The notes beneath the pieces were generated by a model, which saw nothing but the letters and a program-made list of their open reading frames with translations, did no database searches and was not told where the DNA came from. The position numbers were made by a program, and so were the translations under genes. A stretch of DNA of 63,990 bases, counting the filler, from Basidiobolus ranarum (lineage: Eukaryota), in assembly GCA_040143965.1 (NCBI GenBank). It is 3 parts of 3 records of this genome, joined end to end, with 100 filler letters (N's around TTAATTAATTAA, not from the genome) between each part and the next. Parts side by side here need not be neighbours in the genome. Positions count along the whole stretch, not along the records: positions 23,448 to 46,779 come from JASJQH010007044.1; positions 46,880 to 63,990 come from JASJQH010007190.1; 1 more part is not named here. One strand, written 5' to 3'. Of the stretch, positions 38,111-53,748 are shown one piece after another. Numbering within the stretch: the stretch's first letter is position 1; the number at the start of each line of letters is the position of its first letter.

Positions 38111-38745
38111 ATTCTGTTCAAGTTCAGCTGCCTCAATTAATGGTTTCAGCATATACCCAAACTCTGGTTGTTCAAACGCAGCAACCATTCATTCATAAAA
38201 TTTTGTATTGAACTAGGAAAAAAGCATCTTATTTAATCATTAAATATGATAGAGTGATACATTTAAAGCCAATCTCATATGTAACAGTTAAAGCAATGTT
38301 GCTTCATTCACATTCATGCCAGTGCAGTGTCATCACGTGAAACCGGGAGGAAAATATCGTAATATCCATGAGTATGATAATTGGAGATATCATTTTTAGG
38401 CATATTGTATGGGGAGGAATATCGTGGGGTTTATAAAGAATTTAACTGTTTCAACTTTGCATGTTATCAATAGTCTGAGGTTGGTGAACATGTATTGAAT
38501 ATGTACAAATTTAAGCGCTACGTGCAAGCTTATCGTTTATCAACCTCATAGAGTGTGAATAATTCCCCAAGAAATAGTAACCCCTGCTTATTACCCCAAA
38601 TTTTTATATCATGGTTAAGGTAGTATACTGACATTAAGCAGTCCCTTTAGTTGGATTCAACGTTTTTTTACCCTCGAGAACCTCGTTCCCTTAACTATCA
38701 CCTTTTTAAATACACCTTTAGTTCGTAACTTTACTTAATTTAGCC

Positions 38746-39345
38746 ATGTCCTTTGCTATACTCCGTCGTACTGCTGTATCATCCGTCATTAGAGCTAACG
38801 CTCTATCCAGAACCCAATTCAAGGCTTTCTCTGTCTTTCCCGCACGTTTTGGCGGTAATTGCAACCTACCTCATTTTGACCTTGTTTTTTGATTTTTTTC
38901 GCAGTTTTTGTCCCATTTTCTTAAAATCTTATTATATATTTTTTCAATATTCTCGCTAAATGGTTGTTATTTTATAGCTCATGGCCACGACGATCACCAC
39001 AAGGAAGTTGAACCACTGTTAGGTTCAGGAGCCAAGGCTGGTACTATCCCCACTGATCTCGAACAAGCTACTGGTTTAGAACGTTTCGAAATTTTAGCCA
39101 AGATGGAGGGCAAAGAGTTCTTTGATTTGGAACCCTTGACTTTGACTCATTATGGTACCAAACAAAATCCTATCTTGGTCAAGACTTGTGATGATTTCCG
39201 ATTCATTGGATGTTCCGGGTTTCCCTCCGATACCCACGAAAATATCTGGATTACTGTGGAGAAGGGACATGATATTGATCGATGCCCCGAATGTGGATGT
39301 GTCTATAAGTATGAACATGTTAATGTCGTTAACCCTAACTATTAA
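38746..39345 (+). CDS. COX4: Cytochrome c oxidase subunit Cox4 (COX5B homologue), 2 exons
   Basis: Presequence in exon 1; PTDLEQATGLERFEIL, RFIGCSG, and the Zn-binding RCPECG motif. Confidence 0.95.
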
Positions 39346-39539
39346 ATTGGCACATGTATGCTTTTATCAACCCTTAAATAGTCATATCGCTCCTCTTTTA
39401 TATAAATAAATGATCGCATCTTTTCAACGCCAATGAACTATATTTGTTTGAAGACTGAAATCTCTGATTTAATCTGAACTAGTTTGGTTTAAATTAGTGA
39501 AGTATTTATGCCATGTATGATTGTTCTCTAGACAATATA

Positions 39540-40508
39540 AAGTAATTTCTGTTGATACTCGGAGATGATGCATGTCCCATTTTAGTACCAGGGACGTCTT
39601 TATCTGTAAGCTAGTAGTTGGTCTTTCTTCTCCTGCTCAACTCTTTTAGTTTTCTATTTTGATGCGTGGCCCTAAAGATAGCTACGGAGCATACTCACGT
39701 TCCAAACTAGTACTGCTAGTTGGCAATGGATATTATATTGCTTATGGTGGTAAGTTCCCATACTCTTAATCACCCAGCATACGTGGGAATTTAAGTTACT
39801 TTTTGCCTCAGATATACAGGGAAATATACGTATTTGGAATGCTACTCAAGAGGAGTATATTTTGACGAGTGAATACAAGATTATCAACCGACGTATTAAT
39901 GCTGTTGCCTGAGATTCTGAAAGCAAAAGACTGATCGCAGTTGGTGAAAGGAGAGATTTGGTCACGTGTTTGTTATTGAAACTGGTAGTTTTGTAGGTGA
40001 AATAAGCGGTCACAGTAAACCCATTCATGCGTATGATTTCCGTTCACCGAAGCCTTTCTGTGCTGTGACATGATTAGACGATAAGACAGTTAACTTTTAA
40101 TCTGGAGCCCCATATCAATTTCAAAGCTCGTTCTCGATTTGTACAAGATGTGAAGTTTTCTCCTAAGGGGGAGTATTTCGTTAGTGTTGGTGCCGGTTTT
40201 AAGGTAGGATCAAGATAGTGTGACCTAATAATGGGATGATTTATTTAATGGATATTCCAGGTCTTCTTGTATGATGGTAAGAGTGCGGAGAGATTTGACG
40301 AATGAAGTGAAATAGCAGACGGGCACACTGGGGGTATATTCTTGGAGTCCCAATGGTACGCATATCGTTACCTCATCAGCCTACTTTCGATTGTTAACTC
40401 AACAATTCGAATACTCTTTGTATCATAGCACCATTCAGTTCTCTCAAGATTCGAGCTTAAAAGATCAACAAATCGCTAACTTATGGCAGGGTCAGGTCAT
40501 TATATCAA
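39540..40508 (+). pseudogene. AIP1: AIP1/WDR1 pseudogene, N-terminal part
   Basis: Stop- and frameshift-ridden SEYKIINRRINAVA*DSESKRLIAVGE, DDKTVNF*SGAPYQF, RFVQDVKFSPKGEYFVSVG, LKDQQIANLWQGQVIIS. Intron remnants are present. The start boundary is approximate. Confidence 0.85.
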
Positions 40509-40529
40509 GATGATAATGAATTGATCGCT

Positions 40530-41325
40530 ATGATGCATAAAGTATGCATAAAGTCTTTAAAGATAAATACTATCATAATTGTCGTACTATATATACTGAT
40601 AATAGATACGATGAAGCTGTCAAGTTCGTAGCTTTTCTTTAGAAATAAATATGTTTGCGTAGGTATCCCTAGACGAATAGTCTATATATGTGAGAGATCA
40701 TGGACTAAAACAACTTATTGAGAGTATTACTAACTTCAATCCTGAACTAGCTGGCAAGTATACTATTGGACAACATTTCCTGAATGATGCTATCCTACAT
40801 TTATAACTAGACAAATTCTTAGACTCTATTATAATCATAAAGCTATCCTGATGAATAATAGAGTGTTTGACATCTATACTGGGGAAATGAGAGATGGGTA
40901 TCCTATAGATTATATCACTCTATCTAACATATCTCGCAAGTCAGATCATCGTCAGGAAATAAAGATGTATCATGAGATTTATTGGATCATTATTAGTTCC
41001 AGGCAATAGAGATAGATTACTTGTGGTATGGAGTGGAGCTGGTGACAATGGTAAAAATATACTCATGAAACTAATCGAGTTGGCTTTGGGGGAATACTCA
41101 TTAAAGTACCTACTTCTACAATTACGAGTAAACGTACAGTATCCGAAGCTGCTACTTCTGATATAGCACTTACTGAACGTAAACTCGTAGCTTTCCTTCA
41201 AGAGCCATCTAATACTGAGCGTATTAACGTGGGTATTATTAAAGAGCTTACTGGCAACGATAGTATATATGTTAGAGGTTTATACAGATCAAGTAGAGAT
41301 ATCTCTGTTCTAGCTAAACATTAGC
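40530..41325 (+). mobile_element. Decayed D5-like SF3 primase-helicase fragment (NCLDV/Polinton-like endogenous viral element)
   Basis: D5_N-like NNRVFDIYTGEMRDGYPIDYITLS; Walker A WSGAGDNGK; after a frameshift, KVPTSTITSKR..AATSDIA..FLQEPSNTERINVGIIKELTGNDSIYVRGLY. Intronless. Confidence 0.85.
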
Positions 41326-41800
41326 TATCTACCGAATTCCATGGCCATTAATTCCGATAATAATATCATCTCAGTTGGAGACGATGTTTTGGCATCTTTT
41401 GAGAGAAGCTGACTTCTGTATGTTCTTTAGACGAAGAAGATTTATCTGTACAAGCTGAATGGTGAAGAGTTAAGGTAGGAGGATATGCCAAGTAACACTC
41501 AAGGGCCTGTTTACTCTTCTCGTCGATTGCCGTTGGTGAAGCTCGTGGTAAAATTATGGTGTAGCTGAGGAACTATTATTATGAGATATTTTATGGGTAA
41601 AGCGAAGTTGAACCGAATCAAACCGTTTGGCACCCATATAGGCCAAGATCTTTCGTTGAGTCTTCTATACTGCTCGCGTCAATAGTATTACTTGGTTACC
41701 CGACAGTCTTCACGCAGTTAGTAGTATTCGTAGATAAGGAAACTCTGGCCACTGTAAGCCAAGATGCTGTCCTCAAAAGCTGGTCCTTACAATTCCCTTT
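41325..41800 (+). pseudogene. AIP1: AIP1/WDR1 pseudogene, C-terminal part
   Basis: SYLPNSMAINSDNNIISVGDD, IYLYKLNGEEL, IAVGEARGKIMV, *VFYTARVNSITW, VDKETLATVSQDAVLKSWSL. Confidence 0.75.
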
Positions 41801-42310
41801 GCCAAAAACTAATTCACATTAAGAGGGAACTATGTAGGGCCCCTATTTTTATTGAGATTCTTACACTATTCAAATCCAATTAAGCATTCATTGTTGTTTG
41901 GTCAATCTACGTAAATAAAAGCTCCAATATTTCATGGATCATGTGAATATTCAAGTTTGATGAGTAAAATCGTAACACGAATCATCCTTCGAAATTCAAT
42001 TCTCACCAAGAATAATTCAACACATACATACGTTGATGATAAGCTATAGATCTAAATTTATATAAGCAAATTGCCTCGGTATACATCATCGAAATTACTA
42101 CTATTACCTTCTCTCTTTGCAACCCAATAACTTCCCCTCCAGTTGACGTTTGTACGCCACAAAAGCTTACCATATTCTTTTCAATTACTGCCTCGTATCT
42201 AGTTTATTATAGGTACCTGTAATTACAGTAAATTCTATACTTAACTATTCAACTCTTCTGTCACCTCTCGTGAAAAGAAACCTGGGCATCTGTCGGACTC
42301 ATAAGTGAAG

Positions 42311-43353
42311 ATGAATTCTCTGTATAATAATGCTTTAAAACAGTCTCATGCCATCAAACGTGACTTGACTTTATTTGAGAGTGGAGAGGATAGAACGAAT
42401 GCTCTACAAGGTAACCCGAATATTTTTTTGTAGAAAGAAGTATTGTGTAGGATGAATAGAGTATCTTGATTCACAATGTGTATATTATAGGACAAATTGC
42501 CGCAAGTTTAAGTGCACTCAATAGGTCCATAGATGATTACGAATCTCTATCAAAGAAGGAGCTTATTCCAGCCAAGCGTCTAAAGGCCGAAGAGTAAGTT
42601 TAAAATAATTGTAGGACAAAGTATATTTAGAATCAAGCGTTAACGAGGAAACTTTTACGCACTTTCTTAGACGTGTGACGAAATTCAGAGAAGATTTCAA
42701 ACACTACAAAAGCTCTTTTGAGATAGCTAAACGAAAAGAAGAAAACAAAGTACGTAAAGTCATGAAAATAAACTTTTTAACTCTTCATCTTCAAGTTAAT
42801 GCTAACTAATAATGTTTTCTTTACGTTCTTTAGACAGAACAACAACATAGCCGTCAAGAACTATTTAATGGATTTGACCAATCTGCGGTGAGTGCTCATT
42901 TTCCATCATGAACACTAATTATCGAAATTTCATTTTATTAATCTTTCACTCAAATCTTTATACTAGTATAACCAAAATTCTGGTGCCACTAGCATATCCC
43001 TCGAACAACACACGCATAGAGAACATGACTTTGTCAATTCTACTGAGCAACGCCTAGATGAATTCATAGCACAAGGACAAGCAGCATTACAAAACTTAGT
43101 ACATCAGCGAGGAACACTAAAGGTAACATTTTTACATACTCTGTAACAACGTTCATTTTTACTCATCAATGTATTCATTTTTGTTGCAAAGGGCGCACAC
43201 AAAAAAATATTAGATACTGCCAACACTCTGGGCTTATCCCGTACGGTGATTCAATTCATTGAACGCAGAACATCTCAAGATAAATGGATTTTCTATGTCG
43301 GAGTAGTAGTGTCAATCATTATCATGTGGGCCATCATCCATTACCTCACATGA
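42311..43353 (+). CDS. BOS1: Qb-SNARE Bos1/membrin (GOSR2), 6 exons
   Basis: MNSLYNNALKQ.., REHDFVNSTEQRLDEFIAQG..NLVHQRGTLK|GAHKKILDTANTLGLSRTVIQFIERRTSQDKWIF, followed by a C-terminal TM helix. Confidence 0.93.
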
Positions 43354-45036
43354 GGTGTTCGATTCCAGTTCTGAGAGCATAAACGAAACAGGATGATATT
43401 TTGATATATCCTATAGCATTCCTTGCTTGCATACTCATTCTTTCCTATTTAATTCTTATTTTACCTTTGAAATTTACTTGTAAACATCCAGCCAAGGAGC
43501 AAAGCAATAAAACGATTCACCATTACTCTAAAGTTCCCAAGAACCTTCAAGGAATGTGTCTCTATGTAACATTCAACTGGTTTAGTCTAGGAAATAGTAC
43601 TACTCCTTTGATGGGTTTGTAACGGTCCAATACGAGGGAATTGCAATTCACTGACTTCAGTCATATCTGAGTATACGTGTTAATTATTAAGAATATGTTA
43701 AGTATATGGTTAAATTTCAAGAGAAAATCCAGTCCTGAAAGTAGTGGGTAAGATGTTAACTTATGAAAATATATCTCCAAAACTTCAAACCTGAATTGCT
43801 ATTTGCCTCTTTGTGTTAGCTTATTCACAGAGAACATACACAACTCAATGTTGACATGAAATATTTTTGAAGCGGAACAATTGCAGATGTCTTTTACTCT
43901 TTACCTTTTTGAGAGTTAAAACATGAACTACATATTAAAACAGGATATGCAAGAGATTTCTGGTCTGCGAATAACAAGTAAAGGCAACGAAGAAACCAGT
44001 AATCCTTGTGGTTTAACTTCCAGGAGAATTCTCCATTAAAGTTGAGTTTCGAGATAATTTTATTTGATACATAAATGACGAATGCTTATTTCAACATCAA
44101 CACCAAGTTACTTCGCATTTAGCCTAGAGGGCACCAACTCCTCGAAAGGAATTCAGAGGCTTACTAAAGATGATACGCACGATTTGGCAGCTTCTATACT
44201 CTTGGTTAGTTCAGCATGGTCAAAGTTGGTGAAATTCCCATCACAGCAATGTTATAGGTTCAAAGTAGTTCAATGAAGTTAGTCGCAAAACCACAAGCTA
44301 CTCAACCAACCAATCGTTTTGGAACATTCCTGTCTTTGATTTGACTCTGTACTCTGGCCATCTAGTGATCTTTTTGGGCATGGACAGTGTTCCAGCCAAT
44401 ATAAGTTTGGTTTCCTCATTGTTGATATCGCAAGGTGAACTTAAACTCTAGGTCATTGAAGCTAGATCACTAGCGTTTGCCGCAGCGATCAGATGAATCT
44501 CTCACTGTCTCATAATTAGAGACCATATTGACGTTTCACAAGGCTCACAGATCCGATCCAGGACAATCTGTTAACTTAGCCATTGACCTTTGCTGTCGAG
44601 AACCAAACTGCGAAAAATTGCTCAGGTCTGGATTTTGCTTCAAGCCCATTAAGAGAGACGGTTATGCTATCATGTTGGTGGAATAAATGGAAATTGAAAT
44701 ATTCAGATTTAATATACTGGAATACTGAATTTCTTGGGAAAAAGTGTTCTATACTGAAGTCCCTGGAACTTTAGTGGAAAGAGTGGAATCCAGATTTGGG
44801 AATGTGACGCTGTTTTACATTCGTTCACTCGTGCCACCTGCTATATATTCCACTATGTCTCTGCGCGATCCTCGAGAGTATTTAACTTGGTCTTTACAAC
44901 CAGGTACTCAACTGTACTGTACATAATTTTTGAACCTTCATACGTAGTCTCTGTGTTACCTTTAATTTTTGGGTAACCACAAACCCACTGCTTTGTATAC
45001 TGTCCAACTGACCTTCTTCAATACACTTTTGACCAA

Positions 45037-46744
45037 ATGACCCAGTTGAAATGGACTTTACCTGCCGAAGTTTTACAGATCATTCTTGAGTATCTACCAA
45101 GGCCCGAGGACTTGTTTAACTGCTGTTTAGTTTGTTCTACATGGTGCAATATTGGGGGGAAACTCTTATGGAAATCACCAATACTAACTCGAATGACGAC
45201 TTCAAGAGCATTCCCTGCCCTAGAGCCTATTTTCAAAGCACCCAAAGGTTAGTGTGGTCGCTCATCCAAGTATATGGCAATGTATTTTAAACCAAATTCC
45301 TCTTTTAGACTCTGTATCACCGTTGGTACAGATCATCGACGCATATGATTGTTCGTCGGAAATTCTCGATAAAATCCTTACATGGATTTTGCAACTTCGC
45401 AATCTACGCGTATTAAAACTTCCGCCGGGTCATCTTACATGTTGGCGAATAACCAGTAATTCCTTCGCTTTTCAAAGCCTGCGCGTGCTAAAGCACGTAT
45501 CAATTGAGCAAAATGACCTCGGAAGATACTTTCTTTATCAACTAATTGAGAATTGCCCGTTATTGGAGGACTTGAGCATACAAGTCGAAAGAGGTACTCG
45601 TTCTAGAAAAACCTCCCCAGATACTAAGCTCAGCCACATACCAAAGGCCAGACATCTACGTCGACTGAAATTAATGGAAGAGTTTAGACTTCAGCCCTGT
45701 GGAGAGCTGAAAGAAGATTTCTTAGAGATAATATTATTAGCAATGCCTTCTATTCAGGAGTTCACTTTAGTCACATACAGTATTCCAAATGAACTTGCGG
45801 CAACACTAAGCCGAGTATGCCCAAACATCACCCATCTGAGGATACGAAACCTACATGTCTACGGTAATTCCACACTGGATCGAAGAATCGCGGAAACCAG
45901 TGAGTCAGTAGCATCCTATTTCAAAACCCAGCTGACTAAATTGGAGTTGGATTTTGGAAGGGTAAATCGAAACAGTTTGACTTTGATGTTACCAAATTCA
46001 TGGTATGAGCATTCCTGGACTCACTTGACCAGTCTAAAGCTATCAGGAATACAAATAAGTCCACTACAAATGGTTGCATTATCCAGTAGTATACCTAAAA
46101 CCATGAGCAATCTTGAGATACATCTGCCAAGCGTCGAGACAATTCAATTGCTACCTTTGAGCAGTGAACTGAACCTCGACTCGTGGCTAAGTATGTTCGT
46201 TAAATGCGGTAGTTCACTGACTTCCTTGAAAATCCACTCGGACAGCTTGCCCAAAGGATTTGCCAAGATACTAGGTAAATATTGTAGCAAGCTCAAACAC
46301 CTCCAACTGGAGTCCCCCGCTGTCGATGAATTTTCCGTTAATGATATAGTGAGAGACTTGGGTGGTTCTTTAAGCACATTACATATTCACAGCGTCAATC
46401 TGGGGACACGGACTTTCCACATAATCGCGAAGAAGTGTGTGAGACTAGAAGGACTAAGCCTGAACAGATCTTGCGAAGTACCAAGTCAAAGCCCATATTA
46501 TTCGCAAGAAAATCAAACTCGATTGTACATAGAAGATAGAGTTTCCCATCGATTCTTGCAAAACCTGACCAAACTTAGCCTAGTCCATTGGAAACTGGGT
46601 GTGGAGTTCTTTGATATGCTTAGCAAAACGTCAAACTCCAATTTGACGCAGGTTCACGTATCTGAGCCATACCCATCAGTGGTCGATGGTTCTTTATTCT
46701 CTACCCTGAAGACCAAATTCTCGGAATTCCTCTTTGTGGATTAA
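45037..46744 (+). CDS. F-box + leucine-rich-repeat (RNI-like) protein (intron 45248-45308)
   Basis: F-box LPAEVLQIILEYL..CCLVCSTW..LWKSP, followed by repeated CxxLxxLxL units. Confidence 0.88.
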
Positions 46745-46779
46745 ATTATTCCTGATAATCCTAAAGGCTGGTACTTGAG

Positions 46780-46879
46780 NNNNNNNNNNNNNNNNNNNNN
46801 NNNNNNNNNNNNNNNNNNNNNNNTTAATTAATTAANNNNNNNNNNNNNNNNNNNNNNNNNNNNNNNNNNNNNNNNNNNN
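46780..46879. other. Assembly gap with an artificial spacer
   Basis: N run with a central TTAATTAATTAA. Confidence 0.97.
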
Positions 46880-46918
46880 TTTCTTTTCCTTCTTCTCTTT
46901 CATCTCCTTCTATTCCTT

Positions 46919-49395
<2,477 letters not shown>

Positions 49396-50348
49396 TGCTG
49401 ATTCGAATCACTCTTGACCAAAAGGAGAAATTTGAAAGAGTCAACCTTGAATAGTCAAATAGAACTTTCACTCTTTATGCAACCACTTTTTGTCTCTTTA
49501 GTCCAGCTTTTTTTTCTTTTTTTTTTAAACCAATTTAGATATCGCCAGTTTTTTCCCAATTTTGAACAATATTAAATCTAATGATGGTTTTTTGTTCAAT
49601 TTCTATGTCATTTGTAATGATTTTGTGAATTCAAAAAAATTCTTACTGTTAGCAATATTTTCATCTTATTTCGGGTTAAATTTACTCAAATTTCAACCCA
49701 ATTAAACTTTGATTAAATGCTAATCCATCTACTGGCGATATAAGCTAAGAACGATCGCAGCATTATTGGGATCAGTGGTTGATTGAATGAATGAAATAAC
49801 GCAACAAGTCAAGGAGACGAAAACGATGTTTAACCTCCATGCTGATCATTTCTAGTAAGCCTCTCGCCTTATAGGTCTTTTATAATGGCAAGTAGATGTT
49901 GAAGTAGGTTGGATTAATAATCTGTTGAAGCACGCAGCAGATCCATGGAGTGCCATGTAGGGGTAGGTAGAGAATGTTGCATTAAGCACGTGGAAATATC
50001 AGCGGATCGGGAGAAGTTAATTGCATAAACTAATTATAGAAAATCCCAGATATGAAACAATCCCAAATTTGCACCACCAAGAAGCATTCAGTAACTAGTG
50101 GAAAGAGGGAACTAGACTTGTCGGGTTTTGAATTGATGTTATTCAGTCAATAGGGAATCAATTGGTCATCGTAACACAATGTAGAAGATTAATTCGAAAA
50201 TACCTTTCCATCAATCTTACTGTTTCATCAATGTATAGGGCTCGTTCTTGGTACTTAAGTCCACTGTTTACGGAATTTTCGTTCATTATTCTTACAGTTA
50301 TTTCTACTCTAATCTTGCCATCCTTAACTCCTAATTTCGGTTCTAATC

Positions 50349-51520
50349 ATGAACACTAAACGTAGTCCTTCCAGACTTTCCCCTTCGAGTCAACCAGTAT
50401 CCCCCACTCCACTTTCTAATGAGTCGTTTCAACAGAAATATATCACCAAATGGACACCCAGCGATGTTAGTTCATTCATTCTAGGGATTAACCTAATACC
50501 CCTTGAAGTGGTCAAGGAACTATCCAATTTCGTAATAAAAAAAAATTTAGACGGCAAAGGTTTCTTACGCACGAAACCGGACGATTTAAGGAAGGCTGGA
50601 GTGAATATCAAATGGTGTCGTTCAGTTATAGAGGCTTTAGAAGCAGAGAAGAAAAGAAGAGGTAAGTTTGGATTGGAATTCTTGCACCATAGATTTGGAT
50701 GGTTAACTTGTTTACTTTAGTTGTGGCAAAAGTCACCCGTTCACAGAGTCAGACTGGTACTCACTCTCCTTTGGGTGGTGCTTCGGTTTGTAGTGAAGAC
50801 GAAACTCGTTCCATCTCTCCAGAATTCGATAATGTCACTAGCCCTACAAACGATGAACCCGTGGAGCCTATTTATGTATTAGATATACCAACCATCTCCG
50901 AAGACCCATATCAACAGGAACTAACCGAAATTAACTCAACAATAACCCCAGAAACACCAACTCCGGATGATTTCTTTAAAACGATAGAGGATACCATTCA
51001 AGAAAGATTGGAGCTACAAAGAGTCGAATTTGACAAATTACTGAACGAAGGTCTGATAGAGCAGAAAGCTTCTCTGGAGCATACCCTGCACAAACTTATA
51101 CACAAGGAGCATGACACTTTGCAAGAGAAACTACATCAAAGTTTTGAAGAACATCAACATTGTATGAAAGTGGCGATGCAACAACAGATGTCGGATTACG
51201 ATCAAATCTTACGAGAACAGACGGAAGATACACTGGAATCACAAAAATTCGTACTTGAAAAGATCATAGCTTGTAAAGTGGAAGAACTGAAGGGATTGGT
51301 CAGTAAAGAACGAACCCCTAACGGGATAGATAGATGGGAAGAGGTCCTGATTACTATGGAAAAATGGAAGGTGGAGATACAAGAGTTGAAGAAGAATCTA
51401 CAAGATGAAAATGATCTACCAAATGGCCAAACATTTTGGTCCAAGTATTTTGGTTTCTTTTTAACCGGTTTGGCTACCGGTTCTCTTCTTGGTATGGTTT
51501 TCTTCAGGTATTCTCGGTAG
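50349..51520 (+). CDS. Uncharacterised SAM-like + coiled-coil protein with a C-terminal TM anchor (intron ~50662-50720)
   Basis: WTPSDVSSFI..LDGKGFLR..DLRKAGV (SAM-like), a helical E/Q/K region, and terminal FGFFLTGLATGSLLGMVFFRYSR. Confidence 0.75.
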
Positions 51521-51856
51521 TAAAGAAAGGTACCTGCTCTCCAACAATTCAACCCGATTCAGTCCCCTCTCCCTCGTCCTACACTACTACTTCCAAGTCC
51601 ACTATTCCAACTCATGCCATACCGTTGATTAATTGGTGTGCACATGAATTTGGATAATGTACAAAAATTGAAATGAGATAAATTAATATTACCAAGTCTT
51701 GCCACTTCTTCAGGCATAAATTTATTTTGTCGCTTATTATTTAAAGGAAGTTTATGTTATGGGTTGTGCTGGGATATTAACAATACTTGAGAGGCACCAA
51801 AATGCGAATAATGAGGATGGATATATGACCTGCATAAAATAGACTAAATGTATCAA

Positions 51857-52632
51857 TTATTTAAAATACCATATCAGAGTACCAACTCCAATGATTAAGA
51901 CTATCACCGAGAAGATGGACATCAGTCGATTGTACGAACACCATCGTTGTTGAACTTTAGTACGTGGTCCTCTTGGAAGTATTGCACCAATCCACCAGCA
52001 TGGCATTAATAAAAATCCAAATAGGAATAGTAACGCTCCAAAGGGTATCAGTGAATGCAATGAGTTCGTTTTATCCAAGCTTTCTTCTGAACTATTGTAC
52101 TTTTCATTGTGTAAGTTTGTGGAATCTCTCCAAGTCGTTTCTTCCGTCGTCAAATAGTATTCTTTCGGTAAAGTGGGTCGTTTTATAGACGTTAAAGTAC
52201 GGTCGGCTGTGTTCATTGGTCTACTTATAGGTGTATCAGTGGTGCTTTTTAGAAAGTTAACTGCAATCTCATATTCGATAGAGCCCGGTCCATATTCAGG
52301 TTCTAATAGAGATATGGCCTTTACGTCAAAAGGGGATAATGTCGGATGGAAAGTGGAAATGAGAGTTTCAGTGGAGTTGGTACCAAACTTTTGCGAAAAA
52401 GAATGGCTCATTCCCGATAAAAAAAAACTTTTTGAGTCTCTCGACGTTGACTTAATTGTATGATGGCTGTAGGAAGCCGAGCTAAGGTAAGAAAAGATAA
52501 TTTCAAAAAGTATCAACTTGCTTACTTCACCCGTTGAAACAGGTTTGGAACTAAATGATGACCTGACCCTAAGATACCCGCTCTGGACGAAGTTAAAAAT
52601 TCATCGACTCGAAAAGCCCATCGATTGTACAT
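51857..52632 (-). CDS. Uncharacterised fungal protein with a C-terminal two-TM module (probable 44-nt intron 52482-52525)
   Basis: LLFLFGFLLMPCWWIGA..WCSYNRLMSIFSVIVLIIGVGTLIWYF. An upstream exon with an ATG splices in frame. Confidence 0.7.
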
Positions 52633-52921
52633 TGCTTTTCAATTCCTATTCTCGTCCTTCCATTTTGTGAAACATTGGACTTTAATTTTTGGTAACGAGC
52701 GGTATCACCGACTTAAAAGTAAATAGGGCTACTATTGAATTTCCGACTTGATGGGCCAATTTGTATTAAACCAGAGCAATGCTAAACTCATGCTAAATCA
52801 AATTCATATGCACCTTCAGATTGCTATGAGGTATCCAATCATCTAATGTTCTCATGTGATGCTGGAGTTGATATTGGATGCATTTTGAATTGACTTCCAT
52901 ACACACTATTGCTTACTAGTC

Positions 52922-53748
52922 ATGCCTACGTTAGAGAAGGACTTTCTTACTTTGAATCTTCGCTTACAGCATCTAGAAGAATGTGTGTTACGTACTTCAG
53001 ATAGCAAGAATGTTAAAGCTTTCGATTTAGAAACAGCTTTGGAAGAGAATCCTAGCTCTTTACTTACCAGAGTTGAGGAGTTAGAAGAGAAACTTAGAAA
53101 AGAGTTGAGTCAGAAAAAATACCTGGTAGACTTCTTACAAAAATGTAAATATACTAAGAAGGCCGTGTATACTTTTACTGTATTCGAACTAAACTTACTT
53201 TTTTTAGTTGAAAGTTTAAAAGATCTTTTGGAAGTCAACCAACTGGAACTAGAAAGAAATTTACTTACACCAGCTGCCAAAACTGAAATCATTTTAGGCT
53301 CGGAAAACGAATTAAGCAAACTTGCTAACACTCTAAGTGATATCGAAAGCCTTGAAAAATTCATCAACCCACCAGCCTTTCAAAGTACTGTAAACTTGAG
53401 GATGCTCTTGTTTGGAACTGTATTTATTGAACATTTTTTATCTTTCATAGACGTAAATCAGTTTGAACCTACTTTGAAAGCCCTTGGAAAAGTTCACATT
53501 GAACAGACTGAACTTATAGAACAGTTGAACTCACGAGTTACTAATATGCTAGACGTATACAACAATACCGTATCCTTTAACATTATATCTGGATATATTT
53601 ATTGAATTGAATCGAACTCGTATGAAAGTTTATATCCTTAATTTCTATCCAGGTTAATACTCTGTCAGAGATCTTCATCTCTTGGGATTCTTTACTCTCG
53701 GTACTTGAAGCTAAAGTAAGCTCTTTGGAGCGTATGAAAGCCATGTAA
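52922..53748 (+). CDS. DCTN3: Dynactin p24/p22 subunit (DCTN3), 4 exons
   Basis: LNLRLQHLEECV, AKTEIILGSE, HIEQTE..MLDVYNNT|VNTLSEIFISWDSLLSVLE, comparable to human [22 protein letters not shown]. Confidence 0.85.
53570..53652 (+). other. U12-type GT-AG intron (83 nt) in DCTN3
   Basis: 5'ss GTATCCTTT; branch TCCTTAAT about 10 nt before the AG; in-frame join. Confidence 0.88.

Noticed and set aside
9200-39345. Apparent cluster of mitochondrial genes (RIP1, NDUFA13, RRM, MPC1, COX4)
   Set aside because: Interspersed with unrelated genes, and no shared motif beyond common CCAAT/E-box-like words; compatible with chance.
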